Origin: Raillietiella orientalis
Taxonomy: Eukaryota
Direction: 5' to 3'
Length of the DNA: 32,930 nucleotides
Assembly: GCA_036172245.1 (NCBI GenBank)
Contig: JAYWIR010000089.1
Coordinates: forward strand, 248,001-280,930
Shown: positions 12,890-26,200 of the stretch, piece by piece
Numbering within the stretch: the stretch's first letter is position 1
Layout of the letters: the number at the start of each line of letters is the position of its first letter
The notes under the pieces: generated by a model
What the model was told of the DNA's origin: nothing
Database searches by the model: none
Seen by the model: the letters and a program-made list of their open reading frames with translations, nothing else
Made by a program: the position numbers and the translations under genes

Positions 12890-14278
12890 CTTAGCTACTA
12901 AAGTGTACTCAGCTACAAGTCGAGCACAACCAGGGCATGAGCGAACCAATTCTGCTAATGAACGACAAATACTAGACTTCAAAAAAAGTGGGCACTTTTT
13001 CTTTTCGGAATCATCAATTACATCGGTTTGTAAGAGTTTCTGATTTTGTGCAACATCGAATGGCATCATAGTATCGCAGAGTTCATGTTGCATCAAAACT
13101 TCGGAGCCAAAATTATGAACTAAATGCTCACAAGGCTGTCTTGGTTACGATGATGAGTTTCCGCCTTTTCTTTCATGGGACTTTACATGAGCTCACTGAT
13201 CCATATCCATTGGCACCAAATCTTCTACTTCATATTTGCAAATCAATGCATCCATGAATTCACACACAACATCTTTCATAATTCCTTCAAGAGGTGGGAA
13301 AGAAATTTCGGCTCTCATCGGTAAGCATTTAATCAAAAGATTTTGCTCTTCTGTTTCTACTTCTCTCTTTGGTATGAGGGATAAATCGATTCTTAGAATA
13401 TTTTTCATAACTTTCACAAACATGGCTGAATCTCTACAAACAATAGGTGATAGAACACGCATGAAATGATGGAATTCTCTGCTGCGAATTGTGAAAGAAT
13501 TTCGAATTACTTGCTCCATTCTGTACTTTAACGCCTTAGGTTCTTCCAAAATATGCCGAATAAGTAAAGTTGTAAATGAAAAAAGGCCATTAAAAGAAGA
13601 GACCTGACTAAGATGTAGTATCATTTTAGCTCCTCCATGTTCAGCAAAAAGAACTGCAAGACGATGTTTACAAGTCGTAAACTCAGTCTCAGTATTGCAT
13701 GTAAACCTTCAGGATTTAAAGGCAAAGCCATGAGACCAACACAACACTGAAGCAAAAATTCTATCTGTTCTTCAGTTAAACCTGTAATTACTGGTAAATC
13801 ATTTGCTTCTTGATTATTTCTATTAGGTTCAGCAACATCCATCTTATCACCCTTTGCTTGCATTTGATCTGTAGATTGTGAAACCAACTTTGCCTTTGTA
13901 TTGGGATCTGACTTTATTTCTTTTGAGCTAACAGAATCTTTTGAAGTTATAATGATTGGACGTCTGGTATTGCTTTCTTCATTCAACTGCACTATTGTGG
14001 TAAATTGAACAACATAATGACGCCGTCCTGCAGTAATTCGAACGCTTGATTCTCCAGATCAAAATGAAGTATCGACTACAATGTTGTTAACTATTAAATA
14101 TGTGCACCATTTTCCAGAATTAACCTCAAACCATCTTCAGTTATGAGTAGTTACCTTTTGTAAAGCTGCTCTGCTATTAGATCCAACAGCTGCTTTTTCA
14201 AACAGATCAATTAGAAGAGTTAGGGGTGCTAGCCACTTTGGTGTAGTAATCTCAGGAAATTGATTGCTACACCAAGAC
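12890..14278 (-). pseudogene. HUWE1: Intronless fragment of HECT E3 ligase HUWE1 (WWE domain and downstream helical region)
   Basis: TPKWLAPLTLLIDLFEK..N*RWFEVNSGKWCTY..F*SGESSVRITAGRRHYVVQFTTIVQLNEESNTRRP (WWE), LHAILRLSLRL, LLIRHILEEP, SICRSLAELVRS all recognisable as HUWE1. TGA at 14137-14139, 14059-14061 and 13193-13195; frameshift near 13672. Confidence 0.9.
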
Positions 14279-14520
14279 ACAGTTCAGCAAATGGTTCGCT
14301 AAATTCACTTTTTCGCCACAACTTTTGCAAGAGGCATTTAAACTATCCGTGTCAATGATGGAGACACGCAATCGGAAGCGAAGGCGGTGAGAAACTCCAT
14401 TAACAATCTTGGAGGTGGGTATTCTCTTCGTCATGGCTTTCCTCTGCTTCTAAAGTTCTGCGGCCAACAGATCCAAGAAGTTGTGCACTCAAAGCTTCCT
14501 ACAGATTTTTGGTAAGGAGT
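14279..14520 (-). mobile_element. ORF2 C-terminal CCHC finger of the element interrupted by HUWE1
   Basis: CKSCGEKVNLANHLLNC at 14329-14279, preceded by HRLRFRL. Confidence 0.55.
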
Positions 14521-14719
14521 TCACTGAAATCCTATTTTGGATTGCATGCATCGTCTGTGAAAAGCATGATTGTATCACCAAAGTGGATCCAGTTGCTTCG
14601 ATGGATGTTGCAAAAATAAGGTAACTTACTTTGCATCAGGAGAACATTTGCACTCACATTATTCCCGCGCATATGCAACCAGGGTCGTTAGGTTCTGAAG
14701 AATTCCTCCACTGTCTAAA

Positions 14720-16150
14720 ATACACTGTCATATTCCCAAAACTGCAGTCGCACCATACTGTGACAACTAATGCACACTTTACATCCGAAGCAATGCCATT
14801 TCGCTAGTCTATCACCTCTCCTCGCAAGGTTGGTGATCCATAGAAGAACATCGAACAAAAACATATCAGTTGAAAGGTCCTATGATATTCGCAAACTTCT
14901 GAATGTTCAGAAGAAGACCACAGGTGTAATGGAAAGTTCCTGGCAGTAATGTCGCTCTTCAAAAAGGAAGATACGATTAGCAGCAGCCACTGAAAGCGTG
15001 AAGTGTCACAAAAATGCTCCACAATATCATCCGGGATGAAAGTCACCCAGATAATGATTCGAAAAACACAATCATCTCGTCCATCTCCTTCGTTCATGCG
15101 TGCCGAAACATCTTGAGAAAAGAACTAATACGACAAAGTAGAACAGACGTTTTTCTAACGTGTGTTACTTGAAAATGTTCATATTGAGGATCTCATTAAA
15201 GGCAATAGAAAATATTGGCCATCAAGCAAGCATGAAAACAAAAGCTATGGGGGTAACCAATAGGTCTGGAAGTCCCACTCACGAGTAAGTAGAAATAGAA
15301 TTGTCTCAACGGACAGCGTTTTGAATACCGTGTGGCTTTGCACAACAAACTCAGCACCTCTTGTTTTCAAAAGTGTACATTCGCTCATTTCAATACGGCG
15401 GGAAACCGAAAGTAATGAGCTGCTGTTCGACTGAATCTTTTGAAACAGAAGACGTTGCCGATTCTTCTCCTTGCTTTGACCGCGAGTATTCAGACTTCCA
15501 CCCAAGTAGTTGGTTAGGGCATCAATCCGCAAAATCGGATAAGACTTCTTTGAACGTGGTCTTGCAATTAAATTAGTCGAAGATTTAGGGATGCTGAAAA
15601 TTATCACTAAAGTCATCCAAGGAAGTGTCATCTCGCAAATCTTCCTTCCCATTCTTTCCTAGCATTGTCTGGAGTCTTGGATGCTTTGCTCAAACGCGAA
15701 AACAGCATGTCCTCATGGCATATGTCATGCAGATTCCTTGGTGTAGCAAGTTCCACATGCAATCCAAGCAATAACCACAGATGCAGTTACCTCGAAATGC
15801 TTGATTTGTTTTCTTTCGGAACTTCAAAATCACAAAATGCGGGCTTTCCGCAGATGCAAAGCACACATTCAATTATGTATTGCTTCCGTGTGGCAGCCTT
15901 ATTTGAAGACAATTCCTCGAAAACATCCTACTCAATCTGTTGCGAAGAAACTGGAGTAAGTCTTCCTGTAGGGAACTGGGTATCTGTTTAATTTTGCGCT
16001 TGTAATTTCGTACGTCTTACACTCAAGGTGTTGCGTTCCTGCCTGCAAGCATGGTGCACCCTTTCGACTTCACAAATGAGAGTGTAAGATATTTTGAAAT
16101 CTCAGTCGGACATCAGCAAAACCGCATTCGCAAATCAGGCAGAAAATGAA
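14720..16150 (-). mobile_element. Highly diverged ORF2 (RT-like) relic; inverted paralog of 1-1420
   Basis: Homologous to 1-1420. LSSNKAA, ELATPRNLHDICHEDMLFSRL and RLQTMLG-(17 residues)-DN follow LINE RT order and spacing. Lies directly upstream of the CCHC finger on the same strand. Confidence 0.45.
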
Positions 16151-17189
16151 GAACATTATTGCGGATAGGAAAGTTTCGAATGATTCCTAATGTTGCTCGC
16201 AAATTTACAATGCATCCGCCTTTTGTAAGCTATAAATTAGTTGCTGCTCATGGCAAAACGAATTTAGATGGAGAATTGAGGAAAAATCAACGACAACCTA
16301 TGTAAGAGTGCTTGTAGAAAATGAATCTTTACTGTTTATTAATTAAGATGATCTTTAAAGTCATTATTGCGTTCTTCTCTGCAGAATCACTATTCAGTAG
16401 CCCATCCAGGAATGAGTCAGACATGACCTAATAGAGGAACCAAGTGTTGCACAGAGTTCAGAATAACGTGCTATTGTGGTGGATAAAGTCCAATACTGTG
16501 CAAAGAATGACGTGTTCCACGATCGTAACTCAAGCACCATCCGTGTGTTGCTTCAACAACCATTTTGCAGACCGTGTTTATCGGAGCTATATAAATAAAC
16601 ATAGGCACGCAGTCCTGAGAAAAATTTTTTGGTTTCCACATGGCAGCTGAGGAGTAGAAACGCAGATTAAGCAAAGATGCTTACGTTGGATCATGAAAAG
16701 GGCTCCATCACAACGATTCCTATTACACAAATAAACTCTGCTGCAGATGAAGGTTTTTGCAAACATCGCCAAATTGATTTTCCAGTCCGATGAATCTGGA
16801 AATCTGGAAAGTTACGCTTTGTTATCAAGAAGGAAGGCCACCGTTTCTTGCAAAATACACGGAAGGCAAGCGACCACCGTTCTCCTTAATTAATCCTCTG
16901 CATGAGATTCTGAGTGCGCACAAGTCCTGATCTAAAGGTCAGTGAACGACGCCATGGGACAGCATTCTTCATGTTAATTGCAGCCTAGTGAATGAGGTTC
17001 CGGCTGTTTTCCAGTCGGGTGTGCAGAAGCATATATTCAAAAACTATCCCAGAACAAGAGTTTCCTGGAAAGGGTACCCAAGAACGAAAGAAGGGGGTCT
17101 TAACACAAAGATCGACAAAACTGAAAGTCCAAAACAAGTAGGAGGGAACAGCAAATAAATATGAAAAACACAAATAAAAGATCTGGGTT

Positions 17190-18980
17190 GTGGGGGACAG
17201 GGACCTTCACCATGGGCCATTTTTTTGTTCTAAACGGACGTTGGAATTCGGATATCTCCTTGGAAAAGTCCTCTCTAAGATAGAGCCACCGTCAACCCCC
17301 CCACAGAATCCATTCCCTTGCAACGCGGGAGTGGGGCGACGTTGTAACGGCGCCTACGTCTGCAACCGCGGCAAAATTAAGTGCCTACGTGAAGGAGGGG
17401 TACAACCCCTCGTTACTCTACAAGGTAGGCAACTAATATTCTTCAGAGTGTGCGCGCAACTTTCCAAGGCGAATGCGCGCTTTCAACTATGAAGAGAAAG
17501 AGCTCTGCGCAATAAACATATGCAGCGGAGGACAGTACGTTGACATGAGATCCAAACAGGCAGACTTAGCCCAACGTCTGCTCGGAACCCCCGTTGTGAT
17601 GGGGAAACGCAGTCTTTTTTCCATTATACTTGACTGCAGTATTGTGGTGGACTTCTTTGGAGTGACAGCGCAGATGCAGAGGAAAGCACTCCTCCCCTCA
17701 CTCGAACAATACGCAGCGGTGGATGTGCAGTGGTCCAAGCCGACTCCCTTTGTGAACTATGCAGAAGCGAACTATCGGCTGCCCGAATCACTGTCCGAGA
17801 GGGATGTTCGCCTTCCCATAAACTAGTGGACGCCGGTCCAAAGGTCGACCTGTGGTATGTGGGAAAACCCAAATAATGTGGTTTCTGCAATACGTCGGGT
17901 CATCTCAAAAAGAGGCGCCCCAACGTGCAGTACCAGGTATGCAAGACCATGAGTCACACATGAGAGGTGTGCCCACAAGCGTCGATGCGACTCGTGTCCG
18001 CAAGGAACGCGGAAAAACGCGCAAAGCGGATGCCTTGAAAGCACGCGGCTAAAACTTCAGCGAAAGCTGTGACACCCGCACCCAAGGCCCGAGCCGCACA
18101 CGATACCACGGTGAACAACGTCGAAAAGGTCGAAGGAAAGAGCCACGATCCTGGAAGACAAATGGCAACAGCGAAATATTAAAAAAAAGAACGAACACTA
18201 GAAAACAAACTCGTGTACCGAAGCCAAAAACAGCAATATCACAACAGTTATAAAAAGCTAAAGAGTTGTCGTGGTGCACATGAAAATAAAAATGAATGAA
18301 AATGTCAACCCGCAGATGAAAATGTCAACAACGTGGCTAGCCAATCGGCGGCGGTGCTCGTCATGAAGGTCGTGCTCGATGACGTCGCCTTCGAGCGAGC
18401 GGCGGAAGAACTGGATGCCTGGTTGCAGCCGACCACTTCTAAGGCTGGCAAGAAGGCCGTAAGGCGTCCGGCCTCTACACAGGAATCGATAACTTCATAC
18501 CCCGAGGCGGAGACCTGAAACCCAGCTTCTTTCTCCGCAGCACCCCACAGGAAGGCTGAACGAAAGTCCGTTAAACTCCAAAAAACCCTCCTCACCGTCG
18601 TAGGCATGCACATGGCTTCATAAGCGAGGGTGCCATGAGCGTGGAAGAATCCCGGGACTCGTCGTCTGAGAGACTCCCACTCTATGAAACGGAGGGGATG
18701 GAGGGAATGGAGGCCGAAAAGGTACCCCAGGTGCCTGAGGAGGCCGAAACCCCATGGGCATCGTAACTCACCCGCGTTGGAAGAAGCGGGTCTCCCACAC
18801 TATCTTCCCAGATGCAATGCCGCGAACTGCAATCCTCCCGATACCGTCTGGGCATCGCCGTTTGCAACGTCAACGGCATGACGCCGCCAGGAAACCAGAC
18901 GTGGCCTCCATCGTGAGATCCTTCGACCTTTCTCTGGTGGAGGAGCTTCACGTTAGCTATGCAGAACAAGCACAGGGGAT
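17190..18980 (+). mobile_element. 5' part of an L1/Tx1-type element: pseudogenised ORF1 and APE N-terminus, truncated at 18980
   Basis: SAYVKEGYNPSLLYKV..ELCAINI..LAQRLL, knuckles CGFCNTSGH and VCKTMSH..C (~17878-17975), Lys-rich and acidic tail. APE IAVCNVNGM..FDLSLVEELH..AEQAQGI at ~18850-18980. Confidence 0.8.
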
Positions 18981-20585
18981 CTCTCACCCGGTCACGCCTG
19001 AGCGTTTATTCCATATAATAATACAGGAAAAATTATGTAAAACCAAGCACTTAGGAACCATGCTCCCAACCGTCGACTCGACAAGAATTAATAGAATTTT
19101 CCTGGCAAGGAGGCCTCAATAACAGTGTTCGGAACGGTGGGCCAGGACGGAAACAAAACAAACAAAGAAAAACAAAAGAAAAACAATGAATGCGGAGGGC
19201 GCACAAGGATCATTGGGATCGCCCTTGTAGACACCGAAACATAAGCAATAGCACCGAAAATTCGACAGAGAGCATGAAAATGAGATAAGAATGCGCAAGA
19301 GGTCGCAGTGGTCACTGGATTACGCCGTTCTTAATAGTCTGTAAACCAGCGATGGAAGCCGGCAAAGCCCTCTTTACCTCGTCAAGATGAGACGATTTTT
19401 CAGCCTTCTCCATGGGTTCAGCTGCAAACACGTGGGCCTCGCTTGGCTGCTGTGACAAGTCCAGGGCGTCGCGGGCCCTAACGATGGCGCAAATGCAACA
19501 CATGGTTACGACAATCGTGCCTACCGAAAATCCATTCCTGCTGAAGAAGCGTCGCAGTACATTAATAGCAGTGCCTCCCTGCGGCAGGATGGCTGAAATC
19601 AGCCTTCGCCACAGTTCACGGAGGTCACCGCAGTCCAGCACGAGGTGTGGAAAAGACTCGATCTTTCGCACTTCAAACAGTTTGGCAGAGAAGCTCCCCC
19701 GGAAACGATGCTCCGCTGCCGATTACAGTGGAAGCCTCAGTGTAAAAAGAGCAGCACACCTTGTTTCCACTGTAAAGGGAACACGGAGCTGTCCAAACAA
19801 ACGGAGAGAACCACTATTTCTTTAAGGGGTACACTCAAATGCTCACACCACCGAAGCAGGCCCTTCGCTCGATTACGGGGAGCAGCAGTTTTCATTAGCT
19901 CCTTTATCGTCCAGCCGCCGAGGAGCTTACTGACTCCCGCTATTGTGCAGGAGAACTCCCATTTCGTCGATAGGCAACTGTCGTTGCTTGCTTTGAGGGC
20001 AGACAGCGCTACGGCGAGCGATGTGGCGGCCAGATGATCGGACTTCTCCTTGTCCTGCATGAATACGTCCATTGGATGACTGAGGAGGAGTCGCAGGCGT
20101 CAAAGATCTTCCGGCGCGTTCCTTCGAAAGCTGCCTACGATGAAAAGGATTCCTGCCGTCATGCATTAATGTTAATGTTGCGGCAGGAGATCCAGCATTG
20201 GGCTTCCAGCAGTGATGACAGCTGCCTCAGCGGGAAGCAAGCCCTATTCTGGTGTGCCGAAGGTAGGGCAGCAACCAAAGCAGTCCCTTGCTTTCCGTGA
20301 AGCGCCTTAGTATAACTCGTGCGGGTAAGCACCACGGCGTACGCCATAGCTTAGCACAAATGCGCAGCATACAAAACTGCACCTGCAGCTCGATGCTGCT
20401 TATGTCGAGCATGTCCAAGCCTGAATCCTGACGCGAAGCATACAACTTTTTAGTTTTATCTAGGATCGTGCAGCGCCCCACAACGCTTTCCATAGAAGAC
20501 GCTGCACCCAGACTTAGACTTCCTTGGCGGTAAGCAAACAAAAAACTAAGGGCGGAGGAGATAGCAAAAAGGTATGTCCGCAAGG
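18981..20585 (-). mobile_element. 5'-truncated element, family B (ORF2 C-terminus, 3'UTR, intact terminus)
   Basis: SRQDSGLDMLD (GGLG-like) and C.KCE.IESFPHLVLDCGDLRELW finger, stop at 19312. Clearly homologous to 28576-29376. Terminus AATAAACGCTCAGGCGTGACCGGGTGAGA. Confidence 0.85.
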
Positions 20586-20589
20586 AACC

Positions 20590-20830
20590 TCAGGAAACGC
20601 GGCCGTCTGTTGCAAAAAAGGCTGGCGGCGAAAGTTGCCGCGAAAGCTGTACCGCTCGCGCCCAAGTCGCAGGCCTCACCCGAGACCCTAGCAAATATTG
20701 CCGACAAGGTCGATGGAAACGGATAGGAGCCTGGGTGGCAGGCAGCAGCATCAAAAAAAAAGTCAAAGAAAAAACGTCGACTTCAAAGAAACTGGCGTAC
20801 CAGAAGAAAAAACAAAATACAAGCAAGATT
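20590..20830 (+). mobile_element. ORF1 C-terminal low-complexity fragment
   Basis: AKVAAKAVPLAPKSQASP..EPGWQAAASKKKSKKKRR, similar in style to the ORF1 tails at 24.2-24.9 kb and 30.3-30.7 kb. Confidence 0.45.
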
Positions 20831-20854
20831 ATAACATAATTAAGCGTCGTCGTT

Positions 20855-23255
20855 TATTATCAGATTGCGCCGGAACGTTTATCATTAAAATCATCTGGGA
20901 ACTGCGTTCCCAGGCAAGGAGAACAGAAGATGGGGAAAAGGGTTCCCGACACGCAGGCCGGGCACACTGAGAGTTCGGAACGGAGAGAGCGGACAATAAA
21001 TAAATAAATAAATATCGTGGGAGGGTAGGGATAGGGGTTTGCAGTTCCATCTGCACGTAGTCTCAGAACCGGTGGTGAATGCCGGCAATCTCTGTCTTCA
21101 CGTCAAGGTGTGGCCACCCGGCAGCCTGTTGAAGATTGCTGGCTGCACTGTCGAGACCTGATAATGGTGCGGACTCAGCAGATGATTGAGCCTACCGCTT
21201 TTAGAGAAAGACCACCACGCGTGAAGAAGCGGCTTATGAAATCCATTGCGATGTGTCCGGGGTGCAAGAGCGCAGAAGACAGCCGCCGACACCGCTCCAG
21301 GAGGGCACCGCATGCCAATAGCAGATGTGGAAGCGATTCCACCGCTCCACAAGTTCCACAGTTCGGGGACGCAACTCCACCGGAAACCAAGTGCCCGCTG
21401 GTTGCAGTACAAATCCCAATGCATCAGCAGAGAAGCGTCCTGTTTTTACCGAAGGGGGAAGGCAGTCATGTCCAAGCACAGAGAAGAAACCACAAGTTCT
21501 TCAGGGGGCAACTTGAGGAGCTCGCTCCATCGGAGAAGTCATTTGGTACGGAGGCGAGGCCTGGCAACGTCTGCTAGCTTGCAATTCCTCCAACCGCCCA
21601 GCTGCCGGGTTTCGCCTGCGATAGCGCAAGCGACGTCCCACCTCACCAGTAGATCACTGTCGTCTCGTACAATCGGGGCAGACAGTGCTTAGGCCAGGAG
21701 CGTAGCGGCTAGGAGCGTCCACTTGTCCTGTTCTTGCAACAATTCATCCAACGGACAGTATGGGGAAAGGTTCACGCAACGGAGTTCCAAACGGGACACA
21801 TCCTGTTGCCCTACCCAGGACGATAAGCCTTCGTGCCTCCAGGCGTTGAGGTTCGTCGGCAAGCAGGAGAACTACCAATGCGTTCCCAGAAGCGAGAAGA
21901 GCTGCCTCAGAGGGAAGACGAATTCTCTCTTGACTCGCTCCATGTGCAGGTGCAACGAACGCAGTCCGTCGCCACCCGTGCAGCACCGCAGCAGCAGCCG
22001 CGCTAGAGCACACCAGGGAATCGTCCAAAGCTGGGTGCGTAGTGCCAGCCTGCGGAAATGCACTAACTCTTCAATCCGCTCCAGCGTCACGATGCCCAAG
22101 GCGACATCCGGCCGAGGGGACACCGAGTCCTAGAGGAAAATCCTGGATCTCGCCGATCCCAAAAAGGCGTTTCTCCCAATGCTTAGCCGAGTGGGGAGGG
22201 GGACAAACAAAAAAGAGGTGACGAAGGAGGGGGACAACGAAAATGTTCCACACAAAGGCCCGTTCCGACAGGAGGAACCTGCCGCCTTGGAACCGTCCCA
22301 GAGCAGTGTGAGCCTTGTGAAGGCAGTCCGTACACGCTTCTGATGGACAGAAGGCGCCCAAGGGAACGCCAAGGTAATTAAAGCACCTGCCCGAGTAAAT
22401 CCCAAAAGAATCCTGTCGTAATGCCCTTCCCACGTAGAGCCAACCAGTACAACGGTTGATTTGGTGCTGCTGACGCTCAGGCCCGCTTCCTGACGAATGA
22501 TCTCGAAGAAGTCTTCAAGCGTGGACGCAAGGGTGGACATGGGCAGCAGGAGGAGAAGGTCGTAAGAATAGGCGGCCACGGCCGGTGTTCCGGGGCAGGA
22601 GCTCGGCAGAATGGACAGCGTTAGCCTGTACGCCCTCAGCACCAGCTCAAAGAAGATGATGAAGAGCAGAGGGCTTAAGCTGTCTCCCTGACTGATGCCC
22701 CGCCGTATAAGAACGACGTACACGTGGCGTCCGCTGAAAAAGATGCAGCATAACGGATGGTGGCAACAGGAGCGAAAGTAGGCGATGGGGTGCGTCGGGA
22801 GGCGTAGGCGCCCAGGTAGCTTCCGAAGAAGGTCCTGGTTTACGCTGTCAGACGCTTTGCTCCGATCAACAGCGACCACTGAGGCGCCCGGCGTTCCATT
22901 GTGACTCAAGCACCGCCGTTTGCCCTTGGCAGCGGCGCTTTTGGTAACCTGGCTCTTCTGCGCCACGCGCTGCTGCAACTCGAACAATGTTCGCGCGAAG
23001 AAGAGATTCGCGAACATTGACAGCACCGAAACAGCAGAGGTCTGGTCCGGACTCACCAAGTACTCCGCGAATTTCTTCAGCCGCTCAACGCATAGCTTCG
23101 TGAACAGCTTGACGTCCGAATTCACCAGAGTGATCGGACGCCAGTAGCTGAGCTGGCGCAGATCACCTCCTTCCGGCAGGAGCTGCACCTTCGCTGAGCA
23201 GAAGGAAGCGGGAACATCTCCCGTCTCCCGCATCAGCGATTGCCGCGTACGGATG
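20855..23255 (-). mobile_element. 5'-truncated element, family C: RT pseudogene to 3'UTR
   Basis: ORF 22130-23233 has WRPITLVNSDVK, DRSKASD, RGISQGDSLSP, AYSYD (YADD mutated) and GLSVSSTKS. Frameshifted YLGVP follows, then finger CGTCGAVESLPHLLLAC (~21310-21360), T-rich UTR and terminus near 20855-20885. Confidence 0.92.
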
Positions 23256-26200
23256 TGCTTTTGCGTCGCTCCGCTGTCGGCTTACTCTTGTGTGTTTTTG
23301 TTCTGCTCTGCTTCTGTGCTGCAATGGGCAAAAAAGAACGTCTGCCGCAAGAAGGGAACGGTACCTGCTCCTGAGATGGTGGTTTCGGATGCCAGCAAGG
23401 AGCCTGGTAGCTGCCCTCGCGGCTACCATGGGACTTTCGCGCGAAAGCCCTGAGCTTCAGGCGTATGTAGCAACTGGATACACGCCTGCACTCAGATATA
23501 AGGCAAGCGTCCTTATGTCTAAGCGGGTTGGGCGCGAGTTTAACAGGAACTCCAACGGATTGGAGTTCAAGAAGGCCAGCTCGAGTCCATCATGTCCATG
23601 AGTGGTTGCGGCTGCTGGGAGGTGTCCAGTGAGGACGCTCTCCTTACGCAGCGTTTGCTGCACACGCCGCTGCTCATTTGTTGGCAGGAAATACTCCCCA
23701 TCACAACGGACCAGTCGGTCGTTGCACGGAGAAGTGGAGTGAGTAACGGACTTTCGGACCGACAAATTGTGGAGGCCCTTGAAAAATTTTTCACCGTTCA
23801 CGCCCTTTGGAGGTTTCCAAACCCTGCTGAGGGTATCGAAGACTACCTTAGCGGGCTCGCGCAAGTGCGAGTGACGATGACGGGTAGCCGGGCAATGCCC
23901 ATGCGACTGCAGGTTGATGGAGTGACCGTCTGCCTGTGATTCGCGGGGCAAATGCTTGTGTGTGCGGAATGCGGGCAGGAAGGTAACCGCCTTACGAAGT
24001 GTCTCTCGGCTGCTTGCTGTTACTGCCACGAGCCCGGGCACAAAAAAGTAACGTGCCCGGAGCTCCTTCGTAAAATCCAGAAGCACAGGAACGAAACGCG
24101 TATCGCATCGCGGAATAAATGTCGCATATCGAGGGGAAAAAACATTCAAACTTGGAAGAGCGCTGTGAAAACCACGAGCACTCATGCACAGAAAACTCTT
24201 TCTTTCCTCCATAAAAAAGGGGAGAAAAAAATAAAAAAACGCGTTGCGGCGAAGCCTCAGGCTACCGAGCCGACGGAAGCACGCGAAGAATCCGACCCTT
24301 CCGCGAGAACTCGCAGCGAATTTTTCAAAGCAGGAGACATGGTGCCGAAGGGCAAAAAGTCTCCTACTGTGGCCATCGCGACCGCAAAGGCTAGTATCAA
24401 TGCCTCAACAAGCGGCGAGGAATGCGGTCGCTAGCCCGATACGGGAAAATCGCGCCCGCGTTTAAAGAATTTAGCGCCGTCTGAACCTACCGCGGCCAAG
24501 GTGCCGAGTGCCGCGACGAAACAGCCGGCAAACCCGCAATTCTCGCCCGCGGACGCAGCGCCTACCGCGGCCAAGGAAGAAACTGCTAGGGCGAGCACAA
24601 CAGCTACAGCAGTGCCCCCAACGGTCGCAAAGACAACGCGCGAACCCTCCGATCTGGTAGAGGCAGCGCCTTTCGCGATCGCTAAGGGAGTCGCTTACGT
24701 ATGCGCGGATGCAGCACTCCAACAGGCAGCCAAGGCAACGCCTCTTACATCCGCGGACGCAGCGCCATCTCAGGATGGAAACGATACCTGCGACGAAAAG
24801 GAAGAAGGCTGGATGCAGATAAGAATGTTCATTAAAAACGAACCGTCAAGGTCCTCACAGCTGTGTGTGAAGCTGAGTGGGCGAAAGAAACCCGCGAAAT
24901 TTTCCCAAAAGAAGATTGCTATTTTTTCCTCCTGTGCAGTTGTCCTCTCTCGGATGGAGCGGGAAGTTGCTGCTGCGTTTAAAGGGACGAAAGTCCCAGC
25001 CGCAGTAGCACAAAGCGCTGGGCAACAGGCATCGAATGATTTTCCTAATTCCGGGTAACAGAAGAGCCTCCTAGTGAGTGCACGACTGTTGGATTTCGAT
25101 CCAGAGTCCGACAGACTGAGCACACAGCGCGACACCCGCCCGAAACCGCTCAATCGCCTTCCGAAGACCCGCAAGCGAGTGGTTGCCGAAGAGGAACTGT
25201 TGCCGGGGAACAAAGAGGAGGAAATGGGCCGCACCTCTTAACTACCGGCAAAAAGTACGACGGCTTCGAATGGAGATGTCCAGTCTCCAAGATCTGCCGT
25301 TCTGTCTCGTGACCACTCGCCGGACAAGGCGAGAAACCTGTGCTCACCTTCCCAGCCTTAATGCAGGAAGTCGCCTCTTTTCGTCGGTTCCGCGTAGCCT
25401 GTTGGAACGTCAAAGGGCTGCGCAGGGACGGAAAGAGGCGCGGCGTGTAAGACCCCCTGCAACATTTCGACTTGGCGATCCTTCAGGAGATGCATTACAT
25501 CTCCGACGCGGAGGTTGCCAAAATTGAACAGCGCGCGGGAGGCACTCTGTACTGGTGATAAGGCTCTGCACAATCGTGCAGAGTCGGGTTTCTCGTAAAT
25601 GGTAGGATGAAGGGAGCGGAGCGCAGCGTGCGATTCTACCAGGAAGGTCAAAGGGGCCAACTTGTACTTAAGCGGTCAGTTTCATCCGACCTCTTCGTGA
25701 CGAACGTAAACGCGCCTAGCAGCTTTCATCGGCGTGCCGAAAGAATCGAGTTTTTAGACTAACTGGAGAGCGAATAGCTCAGGAACTCTGGAGCCGGAGT
25801 AGCGCATCTCGTCTCAGGGGACTTCAACGTCCACCTGTTTTCCGACGAGACGAGGTCCCAGGCGGAAAGGTCGCGGCTGTGGAGGCATGCGCGTCGGTGC
25901 AAGCGCGTAACTAGAAAGCCGGCGAGACTGGACTGGAAAGGAGCGTGGATCACTGTTAAACTCCATGAACACCTACTCTCACGAGTGGGAAGGAGAGTCA
26001 GGGTGCCGTCCACGTTATCGGAGCATGACAGGCTGGAGTTTGAGCTACTCCGATCAAGCAGGTGACCTCCGAACAATGTTTGGAGGATGCTGGCGGATTA
26101 ACTCAGTCTTCTGAAGGAGGCGGAGCATCTTCGCCTGTTCCTTTGCTGCTTTGCCATCCGGCAGCTTGCAGACTGGGACCATCTTAAAAGATCGGTTCGT

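Noticed and set aside
14059..14139. TGA at Trp positions of HUWE1 suggesting an alternative genetic code
   Set aside because: TGG is used for neighbouring Trp codons, and a frameshift and other stops are present; this is ordinary G-to-A decay.
22130..23233. 367-aa ORF as a functional reverse transcriptase
   Set aside because: Catalytic YADD reads YSYD, KAFD reads KASD, the thumb is frameshifted and the 5' end is truncated.
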